A DNA stretch of 57,032 nt, from the NCBI GenBank assembly GCA_046545675.1, contig JBKGZI010000001.1, forward strand, positions 1 to 57,032, in the 5' to 3' direction. This DNA comes from Persicimonas sp. GTDB taxonomy: Bacteria; Myxococcota_A; Bradymonadia; Bradymonadales; Bradymonadaceae. Under the pieces are notes generated by a model. It was given only the letters and a program-made list of their open reading frames with translations, was not told the DNA's origin and made no database searches. Below are positions 35,443 to 44,681 of the stretch, piece after piece. Position numbers and translations under genes: made by a program. Position 1 is the first letter of the stretch. Every line of letters starts with the position of its first letter.

Positions 35443-37416
35443 TCAGTCGCTGGTCGTCGGTGTCGACAGCCGCCTGTCGAGCTCTTCGATCAGCCGCTTC
35501 TTGTGGTCGTCGAATTCTTCGCTCTGTCCCGCGATCTCTTTGGCTCGCTCGAGATACCCACGGGCGGTCGAGCGCGAATCAGCCCCGTATAGATTAGCCG
35601 CGAATAGCAAGGAATCCAAGCGGTCTTCCCTGATAGCGAGGGCTTGTTGGATGTGCCGTTTGGCTGCATCTGCCTTCTGGAGGCGATGCAAAGCGACGGC
35701 CGCGAGGTAGTGAAAACGGGCGACCTTGGGCTGGCCGGCCAGTAGCCGCTGGGCAACCGAGAGCGCGCCTTGAGCTTGGTTCAGCTCCAAGTAAACGCTC
35801 GCCAGCGGCTCGAGCCCATTCCGATCGTCGGGATGGTACTGCGTGTACTCCTCGAGCAGTTTCCGCGCCAACCGAGGCTTGCCGTTGCGCGCATAGTAGC
35901 GGCCGAGTACTCGCAAGACATCGAGCCGAGCCGAACCCTGAAACTCGGTGCCGAGGACGAATTCGAGGTGGGGACGGGCGGCGGCGAGACCCTCGGTATT
36001 CAACAGCTCGATGCCCAGGCGCGTCTGACCGCGCACACTCTCGGGATACCAACGCACCGTCGCCTGTGCGTTATCCCTTTCGCTTTGATAATCGTAGCTC
36101 CGGAGGTGGCTTCGCACGCCGAGAGCGACCAAGATCGCGAGCGCTCCGAGGACAATTGGTCGCCGACGAGTGGGTGTCCCTGACTCTCGCTCGGCCACGC
36201 GCTCCAGCAGGCTCGCGCCAGCCAGTACGAGGCCGAAAAGCGGCACATACAAATAGTGTTCGGCGACCATCTCGTGGTGCGCAATGATCTGGCTGACCGG
36301 GAGCATGGTCACCAAATACCACCCGATGCCGAACGCTTCCCGATACCAGCCCCTACGGAAGCTCCAAGCGGCTCCCGTCAGCAGCGCAGCGAGCCAGACG
36401 AGACCGGCGAGCGGCATCACAGCGAGGAGGCTATCGGGCACCATCATCGCTGGCGGCGAGTAATCACCGGCCAGGCGAATCGGGACGAAGATGAGTTCGA
36501 CGTATTTGGCATGCACTGCGAGGATCGTAGCCAGGTGAGTCGAGAGGCTTCCTCCCCACAGTTGATCCGCCACGGTGCTGATCGGCTTGAGAAAGCCGCG
36601 ATAGGCAATCATCGCCAGGCAGATGCCCATAGCCGGGACGATAAACCACGCGTAGCCGCGTAGACGCTCGAGCAGACCGGCGAGCGGCGAGCGGCCGCCG
36701 CGCAGGCCGGAGAACCCACCGATGAGGACCAGCGCGCCGACCGTGGCGATCATCGTGACCGCCATCTCCTTGGTGAGCACCGCGAGTGCCATTGCTCCCA
36801 ATGCTGCGACGAGCCACACAGCGCGACGTATCGCTGAGAGGGAAGGGCGCAAGCCGCGCCCCGCGAAGAAGACGCCTGCGAAGTACAGCAGCCCCATCAG
36901 GACGTCGCGTCGACCGGAGATATAGCCGACCGAGTCGACCTGGACGGGGTGGAAGGCAAAGACAGCACAGCCAAAGAACGACCAAGTCCGGCCGACTCCC
37001 ATCTTGCGCAACAGACCAAAGACCAACCCGGAGGCCAGAAGGTGCAGCCAGAGGCTGGTCAGATGGTAGCCCAGCGGCTCGAGCCCCCACACGATGTGGT
37101 CGAGTGTATATGAAACAAAGCGCATCGGCCGGTAATTACACCGGCCGGCGTCGTGGGTCAGAATTGCCCACAAGTCGCCGAAATCGCGAGCGCAGTCCTT
37201 TTGGACGACGAGCAGGAGGTCGTCGCCAAGCCAGTCGCCTCCAATCGTTGGAAAGTAAATAAAGAGCAATCCGACCGCGCCAAGCGATGCGGCGAGCAGC
37301 CAAGCCAGTCGTTGCTCTTGTCGTGTTTTCCGATCCGTGTTCATGAAGGCTTTGGCCAAGAAAGAGAAATGCCGCGATGACATGGTACCATCGCGGCATC
37401 TTCCCGAAAACGTCAT
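35443..37416 (-). CDS. TMTC/PMT_2-like GT-C membrane glycosyltransferase with C-terminal TPR domain
   Basis: Multi-TM N-terminal half with DUF1736/TMTC-type motifs (YRPMRFVSYTLDHIVWGLEPLGYHLTSLWLHLL, FAFHPVQVDSVGYISGRRDVL). The C-terminal ~230 aa are TPR-like. Start is ambiguous (ATG at 37416, 37383 or 37344; none has a good RBS). Confidence 0.7.
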   Translation of the reverse strand: MTFSGRCRDGTMSSRHFSFLAKAFMNTDRKTRQEQRLAWLLAASLGAVGLLFIYFPTIGGDWLGDDLLLVVQKDCARDFGDLWAILTHDAGRCNYRPMRFVSYTLDHIVWGLEPLGYHLTSLWLHLLASGLVFGLLRKMGVGRTWSFFGCAVFAFHPVQVDSVGYISGRRDVLMGLLYFAGVFFAGRGLRPSLSAIRRAVWLVAALGAMALAVLTKEMAVTMIATVGALVLIGGFSGLRGGRSPLAGLLERLRGYAWFIVPAMGICLAMIAYRGFLKPISTVADQLWGGSLSTHLATILAVHAKYVELIFVPIRLAGDYSPPAMMVPDSLLAVMPLAGLVWLAALLTGAAWSFRRGWYREAFGIGWYLVTMLPVSQIIAHHEMVAEHYLYVPLFGLVLAGASLLERVAERESGTPTRRRPIVLGALAILVALGVRSHLRSYDYQSERDNAQATVRWYPESVRGQTRLGIELLNTEGLAAARPHLEFVLGTEFQGSARLDVLRVLGRYYARNGKPRLARKLLEEYTQYHPDDRNGLEPLASVYLELNQAQGALSVAQRLLAGQPKVARFHYLAAVALHRLQKADAAKRHIQQALAIREDRLDSLLFAANLYGADSRSTARGYLERAKEIAGQSEEFDDHKKRLIEELDRRLSTPTTSD

Positions 37417-37449
37417 ACGAGCTTCAGTTGGTGCGCAGCTCGCAGACCA

Positions 37450-38091
37450 TCACTCGAACTCATCGTAAGTGACGCCATTGTAGCACTCGACGCCCTTGGT
37501 CGCGGCCTCGACTGAGCAGGACGCTTCGAATGTGTGCACACCGGCTTCACCATTCATGCACCCGCTCACGTTCCCACCACCGGTCTTGTTAAATCCATGA
37601 CAACCCCACGCCGTCATCGAAGCACCGTCGCCCTTTCCGTCTGCGGCATAGCCGTAGCCAAAGTACATCGGATCAGATAACTCGAGGTTGAGCTTGTTGG
37701 AAGCAGCCAAAGCGGTGTCTGCGAGATCGTTGAAATCTTGGCTCTTGGCCCCACCGAAGGGGTAGTTCGCCATCGTCTCAAACGACGCATCGGATCCGGT
37801 CCCACCGGGAAACGTCTTATCTTGAAATTCGACGATCGTGCCCTTCTTGTTCGCATCGTGCCAGGGCTCAGCAGAATTCTCGGCATCATTATACACTTGA
37901 TCCGATTCAAAATAACCCTTGGCGCCGTCCTGCATCTTCTTGACGATGCCCGGAGCCTCACTGGCCTTCGAGCGCTTAATATACTTGATGAACGCCGGGA
38001 TGGCGATCGCGGCGAGGATGCCGATGATCGCGACGACGATCATGAGCTCGACGAGGGTAAAACCTTTATTGTCTCTAATTTTCTTCAACAT
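37450..38091 (-). CDS. pilA: Type IV major pilin PilA (213 aa prepilin)
   Basis: ATG at 38091 preceded by AAAGGAG. Class III leader [10 protein letters not shown]|[24 protein letters not shown] (G-1, F+1, E+5). Four Cys in the C-terminal region. Sigma-54 promoter upstream. Confidence 0.9.
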   Translation of the reverse strand: MLKKIRDNKGFTLVELMIVVAIIGILAAIAIPAFIKYIKRSKASEAPGIVKKMQDGAKGYFESDQVYNDAENSAEPWHDANKKGTIVEFQDKTFPGGTGSDASFETMANYPFGGAKSQDFNDLADTALAASNKLNLELSDPMYFGYGYAADGKGDGASMTAWGCHGFNKTGGGNVSGCMNGEAGVHTFEASCSVEAATKGVECYNGVTYDEFE

Positions 38092-38176
38092 GCCTGCTCC
38101 TTTCGCAGTTTCGGTCGTGGTGATGGGACAACCAGTTACACGAAGTAACGGGATTTCATTGTCGCTTCTTAGTTTA

Positions 38177-38192
38177 TGCAACCTGCTTGCCA
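38177..38192 (-). promoter_or_regulatory. Sigma-54 (-24/-12) promoter of pilA: TGGCAAGCAGGTTGCA
   Basis: The minus strand reads TGGCA-AGCAGG-TTGCA with exact GG-N10-GC spacing. About 87 nt upstream of the pilA ATG. A PilS/PilR (sigma-54 activator) pair is encoded just upstream. Confidence 0.65.
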
Positions 38193-38327
38193 AGCAGTAA
38201 AGAAAATTCGTTTTTTATTTCGATCCGCGCCTTGCGGCTCCTGACGGGCGTTTGTCGACTCCGCCGCGGCTTGTAGCTATGAGAGTCACGCCGTTCTGGG
38301 TCGCGAGACTGCCGCAAATTGTCGGCG

Positions 38328-38344
38328 GTGACAATTTTTGTCAC
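38328..38344. promoter_or_regulatory. Perfect palindrome GTGACAA-TTT-TTGTCAC (candidate PilR-type upstream activating site, or a hairpin at the minor-pilin stop)
   Basis: Read directly. Centre is about 145 bp upstream of the -24 element. Flanked by further TGTC motifs (ATTGTCGG, CACTGTCC). Overlaps the stop codon of 38341..38850. Confidence 0.35.
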
Positions 38345-38850
38345 TGTCCTTCGTTGAATAGCATCGGGTTCTCGAGCTCACTGTGGAGGACGACGGTGGT
38401 CGGGTCGTTGCCATCGTCTCCATCCAGGTCTTGAGTGACCCGAACCGCATACCAAACGCGGTCGAAAGATGGATTGACATCCTCGCAGATATTACACGAG
38501 GTGTCGGAGCTGTCGCCGGCAATCGTGTCGATTTCAACCGTCTCTTGCAGGGTGTCCTTCGAAAATCCCAATAGTTGCTCCCAGCGCTTCTCGTCGTCGC
38601 CGGTCGTGCTGTGTGTATAAGTGGCGCCGTCTAGATCGAGGTAGCCGCTGTTCTGCGACTTATACTGCTCCTGGGCGGTGGCCACTTCAGCGGCATATTG
38701 CTCGAGCTTGGCGACCTTGGAACTCTTGATATACTTTGTGTACGAGACCCCTCCGATCGCGGCCAGAACACCCACGACGGCCACGACGATCATCAATTCG
38801 ACCAATGTCATGCCGCGTTGTTGCGACAGCGATACTTTGAGCGCTTTCAT
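38341..38850 (-). CDS. Pilin-like protein with prepilin-type N-terminal cleavage/methylation domain
   Basis: ATG at 38850 preceded by GGAGGA. Leader MKALKVSLSQQRG|[21 protein letters not shown]. Acidic C-terminal domain with a CNIC motif. Confidence 0.8.
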   Translation of the reverse strand: MKALKVSLSQQRGMTLVELMIVVAVVGVLAAIGGVSYTKYIKSSKVAKLEQYAAEVATAQEQYKSQNSGYLDLDGATYTHSTTGDDEKRWEQLLGFSKDTLQETVEIDTIAGDSSDTSCNICEDVNPSFDRVWYAVRVTQDLDGDDGNDPTTVVLHSELENPMLFNEGQ

Positions 38851-38948
38851 GGCGTTATTCCTCCGCTAAACAGGGACCAAGCGTTATTGTTGGAAGCTGA
38901 GACTATGCGCTTCATGGTAGTGTGTGAGCAATATCTACGCCAGCGCCG

Positions 38949-40394
38949 TTACTCCTCATCGCTCATCGCATACTTTTTGAGTCGGTAGCGCAGGCTGCGA
39001 AACGAGATGCCCAGTAGCTCGGCGGCGTCCTTTTTGACCCCGTCGGCGCGCTCGAGCGCCTTGTTGATGAGTGAGCGTTCGAGTTGTTCGACGAGGCCCT
39101 CGAGATCAATGCCGTCCTCGGTGACCTCGAGCTCCTCGGCCATCCGGGAGAACGACTCCTCCTGGAGGTGAGGCGGCAGCACCTCGGTCGTGATCATCTC
39201 GCCGCGTGTGAGCGTGACGGCACGCTCGATGATGTTTTGCAGCTCGCGCACATTGCCCGGATACGGGTAGTTGAGCAGGACGCGCATGGCGTCGGAGTCG
39301 ACGCCGGCGATGTCCGCGCCCATGCGCTCGGCGAATTGCTCGACGAAATGCTCGATGAGCAATTTGACGTCGCCCTGGCGCGCGCGAAGCGGTGGCAACT
39401 CGATGGGGATGACGTTGAGTCGGTAGTAGAGGTCCTCTCGGAAGCGTCCCTCGGCGACCTCTTCGCGCAGGTCGCGGTTGGTGGCGGCCAGGACTCGGCA
39501 ATCGGCGTCGACCTCGTGGGCGCCGCCGACCGGCTTGACCTTGCGCTCCTGGAGCACCCGCAGGAGCTTGACCTGGGTGTTTTGCGGCAGCTCGCCGACC
39601 TCGTCCAAAAACACCGTGCCGCCGCGGGCGGCCTCGAAGAGACCCTCTTTGTCGGCGCTGGCTCCGGTAAACGAGCCCTTTTTGTGGCCGAAGAGTTCGC
39701 TCTCGATGAGGTTTTCGGGGATCGCGCCGCAGTTGATCGGCATAAACGGCTTGTCGGCCCGCGCGCTGTGCTCGTGGATGGCGCGGGCGACGAGTTCTTT
39801 GCCCGTGCCGGATTCGCCGCTGATGAGGATGGTGGTCTGGCTGTCGGCGACCCGCGAGATCATCTCGAAGACCTGGCGCATCGGTTTGGAGTTGCCGAGC
39901 ATCTCGGCGAAGCCCTGCTCCTCTTCGAGCGTCTTCTTCAGATAGAGGTTTTCACTGACCAGGTCGAATTTCTCGAGCGCCCGGCCGACCACGACCCGCG
40001 CCTCGTCGACCTTGAAGGGCTTGGTGATATAGTCGTAGGCGCCTTCTTTGATCGCCGAGATCGCCGTCTCGGGGGTGGCATACGCGGTCATGACGACCAC
40101 CTGGCAGGCCGGATCGAGCTCTTTGACACGACGCAGCACATCCAGGCCGCCGACGCCGGGCATCTTCAGATCGGTGATCACCAGGCTGAACCGCGCGCCG
40201 TCTTCGAGCCGTTCGAGCGCCTCCTCGCCGCGGGTGGCGACCTCGACGGTGTGGTCCTGCTTTTTGAGCATGATCGACAGAAACTCGCGCATACTCTGCT
40301 CGTCGTCGACGACCAGGATCGGGCGCGCGGGTTGCTCGGTGGATGGCTCCGCGAGACCTTCGGCGGATTGTTTGTCAGGGGCGTCGTCGCTCAT
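38949..40394 (-). CDS. pilR: Sigma-54-dependent response regulator PilR
   Basis: Receiver domain (ILVVDDE...VITDLKMPG). AAA+ sigma-54 activator core (ILISGESGTGKELVARAIH, GSFTGA, VFLDEVGEL, RFREDLYYRL). C-terminal HTH. ATGA overlap with pilS. Confidence 0.9.
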   Translation of the reverse strand: MSDDAPDKQSAEGLAEPSTEQPARPILVVDDEQSMREFLSIMLKKQDHTVEVATRGEEALERLEDGARFSLVITDLKMPGVGGLDVLRRVKELDPACQVVVMTAYATPETAISAIKEGAYDYITKPFKVDEARVVVGRALEKFDLVSENLYLKKTLEEEQGFAEMLGNSKPMRQVFEMISRVADSQTTILISGESGTGKELVARAIHEHSARADKPFMPINCGAIPENLIESELFGHKKGSFTGASADKEGLFEAARGGTVFLDEVGELPQNTQVKLLRVLQERKVKPVGGAHEVDADCRVLAATNRDLREEVAEGRFREDLYYRLNVIPIELPPLRARQGDVKLLIEHFVEQFAERMGADIAGVDSDAMRVLLNYPYPGNVRELQNIIERAVTLTRGEMITTEVLPPHLQEESFSRMAEELEVTEDGIDLEGLVEQLERSLINKALERADGVKKDAAELLGISFRSLRYRLKKYAMSDEE

Positions 40395-42160
40395 GCTTCG
40401 ACCATACTTTGGTTTTGGGTATCGAGCGAGTTTCTTTCGTCGTCATCTTCGTCGTCGTGCTCGGCTGCGCGCGGCAATTCCACCTCGAAGCGCGCTCCGG
40501 AGAGTTGCTGGCCCTCATCGACGCGAATTCGGCCGTCATGCTGCTCGATGAGCCTGTGGATGGTGGCCAGTCCCAGGCCGGTGCCCTTTTCTTTGGTGGT
40601 AAAAAACGGCTCGAAGACACGTTCGGCGACCTCGTCGGCCATTCCCGGGCCGTTATCCTCGACGCTCAATACCCACCCGGTGTCGCTTTCGGTGACCTCG
40701 ATGAGGATGCGTCGCGGTGTGTCCACATCTTCCATGGCCTCGCTGGCGTTGTTGAGCAGGTTCCAGACGATCTGGCGAAATGCCTCACGGTCGACCCGAG
40801 CAGGGGCCTCTTGGAGTCCGTCGGCGACTTCGAAGTCGACGTCCAACTCCGGTTGATTGCTGCGCCGGCCGAAGAGGCCGAGCACCTCGCCGGTCAACTC
40901 CAGTAGGTCGGCGCGCCCGAGCTCGAGCGCCCGCGGCCGACTATAATTCAGGAAGCTGGTGATGAGGTTGTCGAGCCGGTCGACCTCGCGCACGACGATA
41001 TTCATCAGCGCTGCGTCGTCGCTGTCCAGATCGGCCATCGCCTCGAGCATCTCCACGGACCCACTGATCGAGGCCAGGGGATTGCGAATCTCGTGGGCGA
41101 TCGCCGCGGCGAGCTCGCCGACCGCGGCGAGTCTCTCGGAGCGTTTCTTCTCGCGCTCGAGCTTTTTGACCTCGCTGAGGTCCTGAAAGATGACGATGCG
41201 GCCGGCGGCGCGCCCGCGCGAATCTCGCAGCACGGAGACCGAAAAACCCAGGAAAACCTGTTCGCCATCGGGGCGCCGGTAGACACTCTCGAGCCGTGGG
41301 TCCTGGGGAGTCGGCTGGGGAGGCGGTCGGTGTTCCGAGATGATCTTCGGTCCGGCCTCCTCGAGGCGGCGGGCGAGGGTTGGGAAGACGTCCTCGAGGG
41401 GCCGGCCGTAGACGTCCTCGGCCGAACGCCCGGTGATCAACTCGGCGGCGTGATTGAAGAAGATGATCTCACCGGAACGGTTGACCGTCAAGAGACCGCT
41501 GTTGAGGCTGGCCAAGATATTGGCGTTGAGCGCCCGGAGCTCCTCGATGCTCGATTGCTGGCGCTCGAGCTCACCGGTGACCTCGCCGAGGCGTTGAGCC
41601 AGGTAGCCGGCGAGCACGGCGATGAGGTAGGCCGCCACCGAGTTCAGGCCGACCTCGTAGAGCAGGGAGCCGACGGAACGCGAGGTCCGCGCGGCTTCAA
41701 TGCCGGTAAGATCGACCACGCCCCAGGCGACCAAGGCCAGTACTACGAAGGTTCCGGCCGTGGCTGTGGCCATAAGAAAGGCTGCTCGCCGCCCGGTCAC
41801 CACCGCTGCGTTGATGATGTTCAGGTAAAATAAGAATAAAAAGAGACTGTCGAGGCCGCCGGTGGCCAAGACCAGAACCACGGTGACGAATAAGTCTCCG
41901 GCGATCTGCAGTTGGGCGAGCAAGTGCAGATTCGACAGCTTTTTGAGACCCACTGCGTAAAGAATCGTCAGCAGATAAGTGCCGACGATCAGCGACAGCA
42001 ACGTCAGGTTTTTGGGGTTGGAGAGGCTCGACAGCGCCTGGGCGTCGATGGCTACCGAACTGCCCAGCAGGACCGTGACGATGACGACCCGAAAGGCCAT
42101 CAGGCCCTCGAGCCGCTCTCGCAGCGAGATTTCAGCGTGCTCTCGCGGGTTGTCGGTCAT
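40391..42160 (-). CDS. pilS: Sensor histidine kinase PilS
   Basis: Six hydrophobic N-terminal helices and a PAS-like segment. HisKA H-box (AAIAHEIRNPLASI). HATPase N/G boxes (NLLNNASEAM, DNGPGM, GTGLGLA). Confidence 0.85.
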   Translation of the reverse strand: MTDNPREHAEISLRERLEGLMAFRVVIVTVLLGSSVAIDAQALSSLSNPKNLTLLSLIVGTYLLTILYAVGLKKLSNLHLLAQLQIAGDLFVTVVLVLATGGLDSLFLFLFYLNIINAAVVTGRRAAFLMATATAGTFVVLALVAWGVVDLTGIEAARTSRSVGSLLYEVGLNSVAAYLIAVLAGYLAQRLGEVTGELERQQSSIEELRALNANILASLNSGLLTVNRSGEIIFFNHAAELITGRSAEDVYGRPLEDVFPTLARRLEEAGPKIISEHRPPPQPTPQDPRLESVYRRPDGEQVFLGFSVSVLRDSRGRAAGRIVIFQDLSEVKKLEREKKRSERLAAVGELAAAIAHEIRNPLASISGSVEMLEAMADLDSDDAALMNIVVREVDRLDNLITSFLNYSRPRALELGRADLLELTGEVLGLFGRRSNQPELDVDFEVADGLQEAPARVDREAFRQIVWNLLNNASEAMEDVDTPRRILIEVTESDTGWVLSVEDNGPGMADEVAERVFEPFFTTKEKGTGLGLATIHRLIEQHDGRIRVDEGQQLSGARFEVELPRAAEHDDEDDDERNSLDTQNQSMVEA

Positions 42161-42224
42161 GGAGTCTCAGGCACAGACTGCGGAGGAGCAACCGTGAGAG
42201 CATGCTCTTTCAAACAGCCCTTGC

Positions 42225-43430
42225 TTAGGCTTTGATGTTGTCTGCCATCGTGAAGATCGGCAGGTACATCGCGATGAGCATGCCGCCGACGACGATACCC
42301 AAAAAGACCATCATGATCGGCTCGAGCATCGCGGTGAGGTTGTCGACGGCGACGTCGACCTCGTCTTCGTAAAAGTCGGCGATCTTGGTCAGCATCGTAT
42401 CCAGCGCGCCGGTCGATTCACCGACGCCGATCATCTGGACGACCATGGAGGGGAATACACCGGTCTCCATCAGTGGGTCGACCATATTCTGGCCCTCGCT
42501 GATGCGCTCACGCACATGCATGATCGCGTCTCGGACGGTCATATTGCCGGCGGTATTAGCGACGATTTCGAGGCTGTCGACGATCGGTACGCCCGACGAA
42601 ACCATCGTACCCAGAGTTCGGGTGAAGCGTGCGACGGCGCTTTTTCGGACGAGGGGGCCAAATAGAGGTGCCTTGAGCAGCATCTTGTCGAAGACCGCTC
42701 GAGTGGGCTCGTAGCGCAGGATGAAGATGATCAGGCCGGTCACGGCCATCAGGCCGCCGACGATGAACAGGAATTGGCTCTGGACGAACTCGGAGATGTC
42801 GATGACGATCTGTGTCGGGGCCGGCAGCTCGCCGCCGCCCATATCTGCGAACATCGCCTCGAAGGTCGGGATGACCTTGTAGAGCAAAAGCAGCACGACG
42901 AGAATCGCGATCACGAAGACGATGACCGGATAGGAGAACGCCGAGCGGATCTTTCGGCGCAGCTTGTCGGCCTTCTCGAGTTGGTTGGCCAGCCGGTTCA
43001 TGATCGTGTCCAGGATACCGGCGACCTCGCCGGCCTCGATCAGGCTGACGTATAGATTGTCGAAGGCGCCCGGGTGCTTTCGCATGGCGTCGGCCAGCGT
43101 CGAGCCCGACTCGATGTCGGACTTGACCTGCAAGATGATCTTCTTGAAGCCCTTGTGGGGCTCCGCGCCGCCGAGGAGCTCGAGACATTGCACCAGCGGC
43201 AAGCCCGCGTCGATCATCGTGGCGAACTGCTGGGTGAAGACGACGAGGCTCTTGAGCGGCACGCCGCCGCCGAGGCTGAATCCCTTGGAGGTCGACTTCT
43301 TCTTGACCTTCGAGGGATTGATATCCTGGCGCCGAAGCCGGTCCTGGACCTCATCGGCGTCGGTGGCCTTCATTTCACCGGACTTTTCTTCCCCACCGGG
43401 GGTGGTTCCTTTCCAGACGAAAACGGGCAT
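42225..43430 (-). CDS. pilC: Type IV pilus platform protein PilC (GspF family)
   Basis: Duplicated GspF-type domains (FTQQFATMIDAGLPLVQCL, FTRTLGTMVSSGVPIVDSL) and three TM segments. Confidence 0.9.
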   Translation of the reverse strand: MPVFVWKGTTPGGEEKSGEMKATDADEVQDRLRRQDINPSKVKKKSTSKGFSLGGGVPLKSLVVFTQQFATMIDAGLPLVQCLELLGGAEPHKGFKKIILQVKSDIESGSTLADAMRKHPGAFDNLYVSLIEAGEVAGILDTIMNRLANQLEKADKLRRKIRSAFSYPVIVFVIAILVVLLLLYKVIPTFEAMFADMGGGELPAPTQIVIDISEFVQSQFLFIVGGLMAVTGLIIFILRYEPTRAVFDKMLLKAPLFGPLVRKSAVARFTRTLGTMVSSGVPIVDSLEIVANTAGNMTVRDAIMHVRERISEGQNMVDPLMETGVFPSMVVQMIGVGESTGALDTMLTKIADFYEDEVDVAVDNLTAMLEPIMMVFLGIVVGGMLIAMYLPIFTMADNIKA

Positions 43431-43512
43431 GTTTCAATCCTGCATGACTGTCTGACGTACGAACATCAATGAGTTCAACATGGCGAAGCACGTCTGTCAA
43501 AAAAGCAGTGGC

Positions 43513-44646
43513 TCAGGTGTAGCGGATCTTGCTATTTCGGCCCCCGCGCGAGTCTCGGCCGGAGCGCTTCTTGTTGACGCCGCCGCCTTCATCGATCATC
43601 GAACGCAGCTCGTCGGCGTCGGTGCTGCGGTTGATGGCGTCCTGAAGGGTGATCTCGTTGTTGCGATAGAGCTTGTACAGCGACTGGTTCATCGTCTGCA
43701 TATAACTCTTGGCCTGGCCGACCTGCATCGAGCTGTAGATCTGGTGGACCTTGTCCTCACGGATCAGGTTGCGGATGGCCGGCGTGGGGACCATGACCTC
43801 GACGCCCAGCGCGCGCCCATTGCCCGAAGCGTGGGGGATGAGCTGTTGGCTGACCACGCCCTCGAGCACAAACGATAGCTGAGCGCGCACCTGCGCCTGC
43901 TGATGGGACGGAAACGCGTCGATGATGCGGTTGATGGTCTGCACACAGCCGTTGGTGTGCAGCGTCGCAAAAGCCAGGTGGCCGGTCTCGCTGATGCTCA
44001 ACGCCGCCTCGATCGTCTCCAGATCGCGCATCTCTCCGATGAGCACGACGTCGGGGTCCTGGCGAAGCACGTAGCGAAGCGCGGTCTTGAAACCCGAGGT
44101 ATCTGCGCCGACCTCTCGCTGATTGACGATGCAGTTTTTGTGCGGATGCAGATACTCGATGGGGTCTTCGACGGTCAGGATATGCAGGCGCTTCTCCTCG
44201 TTGATCTTGTTGATCATCGAGGCGAGGGTGGTCGATTTGCCCGAGCCGGTCGGTCCGGTCACCAGCACCAGGCCGCGCGGCGCATCTGCCAGCGTGCCAA
44301 CCACCGGTGGGAGGCCGAGCTCTTTGAAGTCCAGAATCTCGAAGGGGATTTTTCGAAAGACCCCGGCGACCGCGCCGCGCTGCATGAAGATATTGCCGCG
44401 AAAGCGGCTCAATCCCTTGACGCCAAACGACAGGTCGAGCTCGTTGTCGGTCTCGAACTTCTGCTTTTGGGCGTCGGTCAGGACGCTGTAGCAGAGCTGG
44501 CGAGTCTCCTGGGGGGCCATCTTTTTGGTCTTCAGCGGCACCAACGTCCCGTCGATGCGAAGCTGGGGCGCAGAGCCGACCGTGACGTGCAGGTCACTGG
44601 CGCCCTTGTCGACCATGATCTTCAATAATTGATGTAGGTTCGCCAT
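43513..44646 (-). CDS. pilT: Twitching-motility retraction ATPase PilT
   Basis: Walker A GPTGSGKST. Asp/His boxes. PilT signature AIRNLIREDKVHQIYS. Size of about 377 aa. Confidence 0.9.
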   Translation of the reverse strand: MANLHQLLKIMVDKGASDLHVTVGSAPQLRIDGTLVPLKTKKMAPQETRQLCYSVLTDAQKQKFETDNELDLSFGVKGLSRFRGNIFMQRGAVAGVFRKIPFEILDFKELGLPPVVGTLADAPRGLVLVTGPTGSGKSTTLASMINKINEEKRLHILTVEDPIEYLHPHKNCIVNQREVGADTSGFKTALRYVLRQDPDVVLIGEMRDLETIEAALSISETGHLAFATLHTNGCVQTINRIIDAFPSHQQAQVRAQLSFVLEGVVSQQLIPHASGNGRALGVEVMVPTPAIRNLIREDKVHQIYSSMQVGQAKSYMQTMNQSLYKLYRNNEITLQDAINRSTDADELRSMIDEGGGVNKKRSGRDSRGGRNSKIRYT

Positions 44647-44681
44647 AGAATCTGCCGTTGGGTTGAATAAGCAAGCGACAA

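Noticed and set aside
38865-38879. Sigma-54-like sequence TGGTCCCTGTTTAGC (minus strand) upstream of the pilin-like gene.
   Set aside because: The spacing is right, but both elements are weak. The predicted start site would fall 2-3 nt before the ATG, downstream of the obvious GGAGGA ribosome-binding site.
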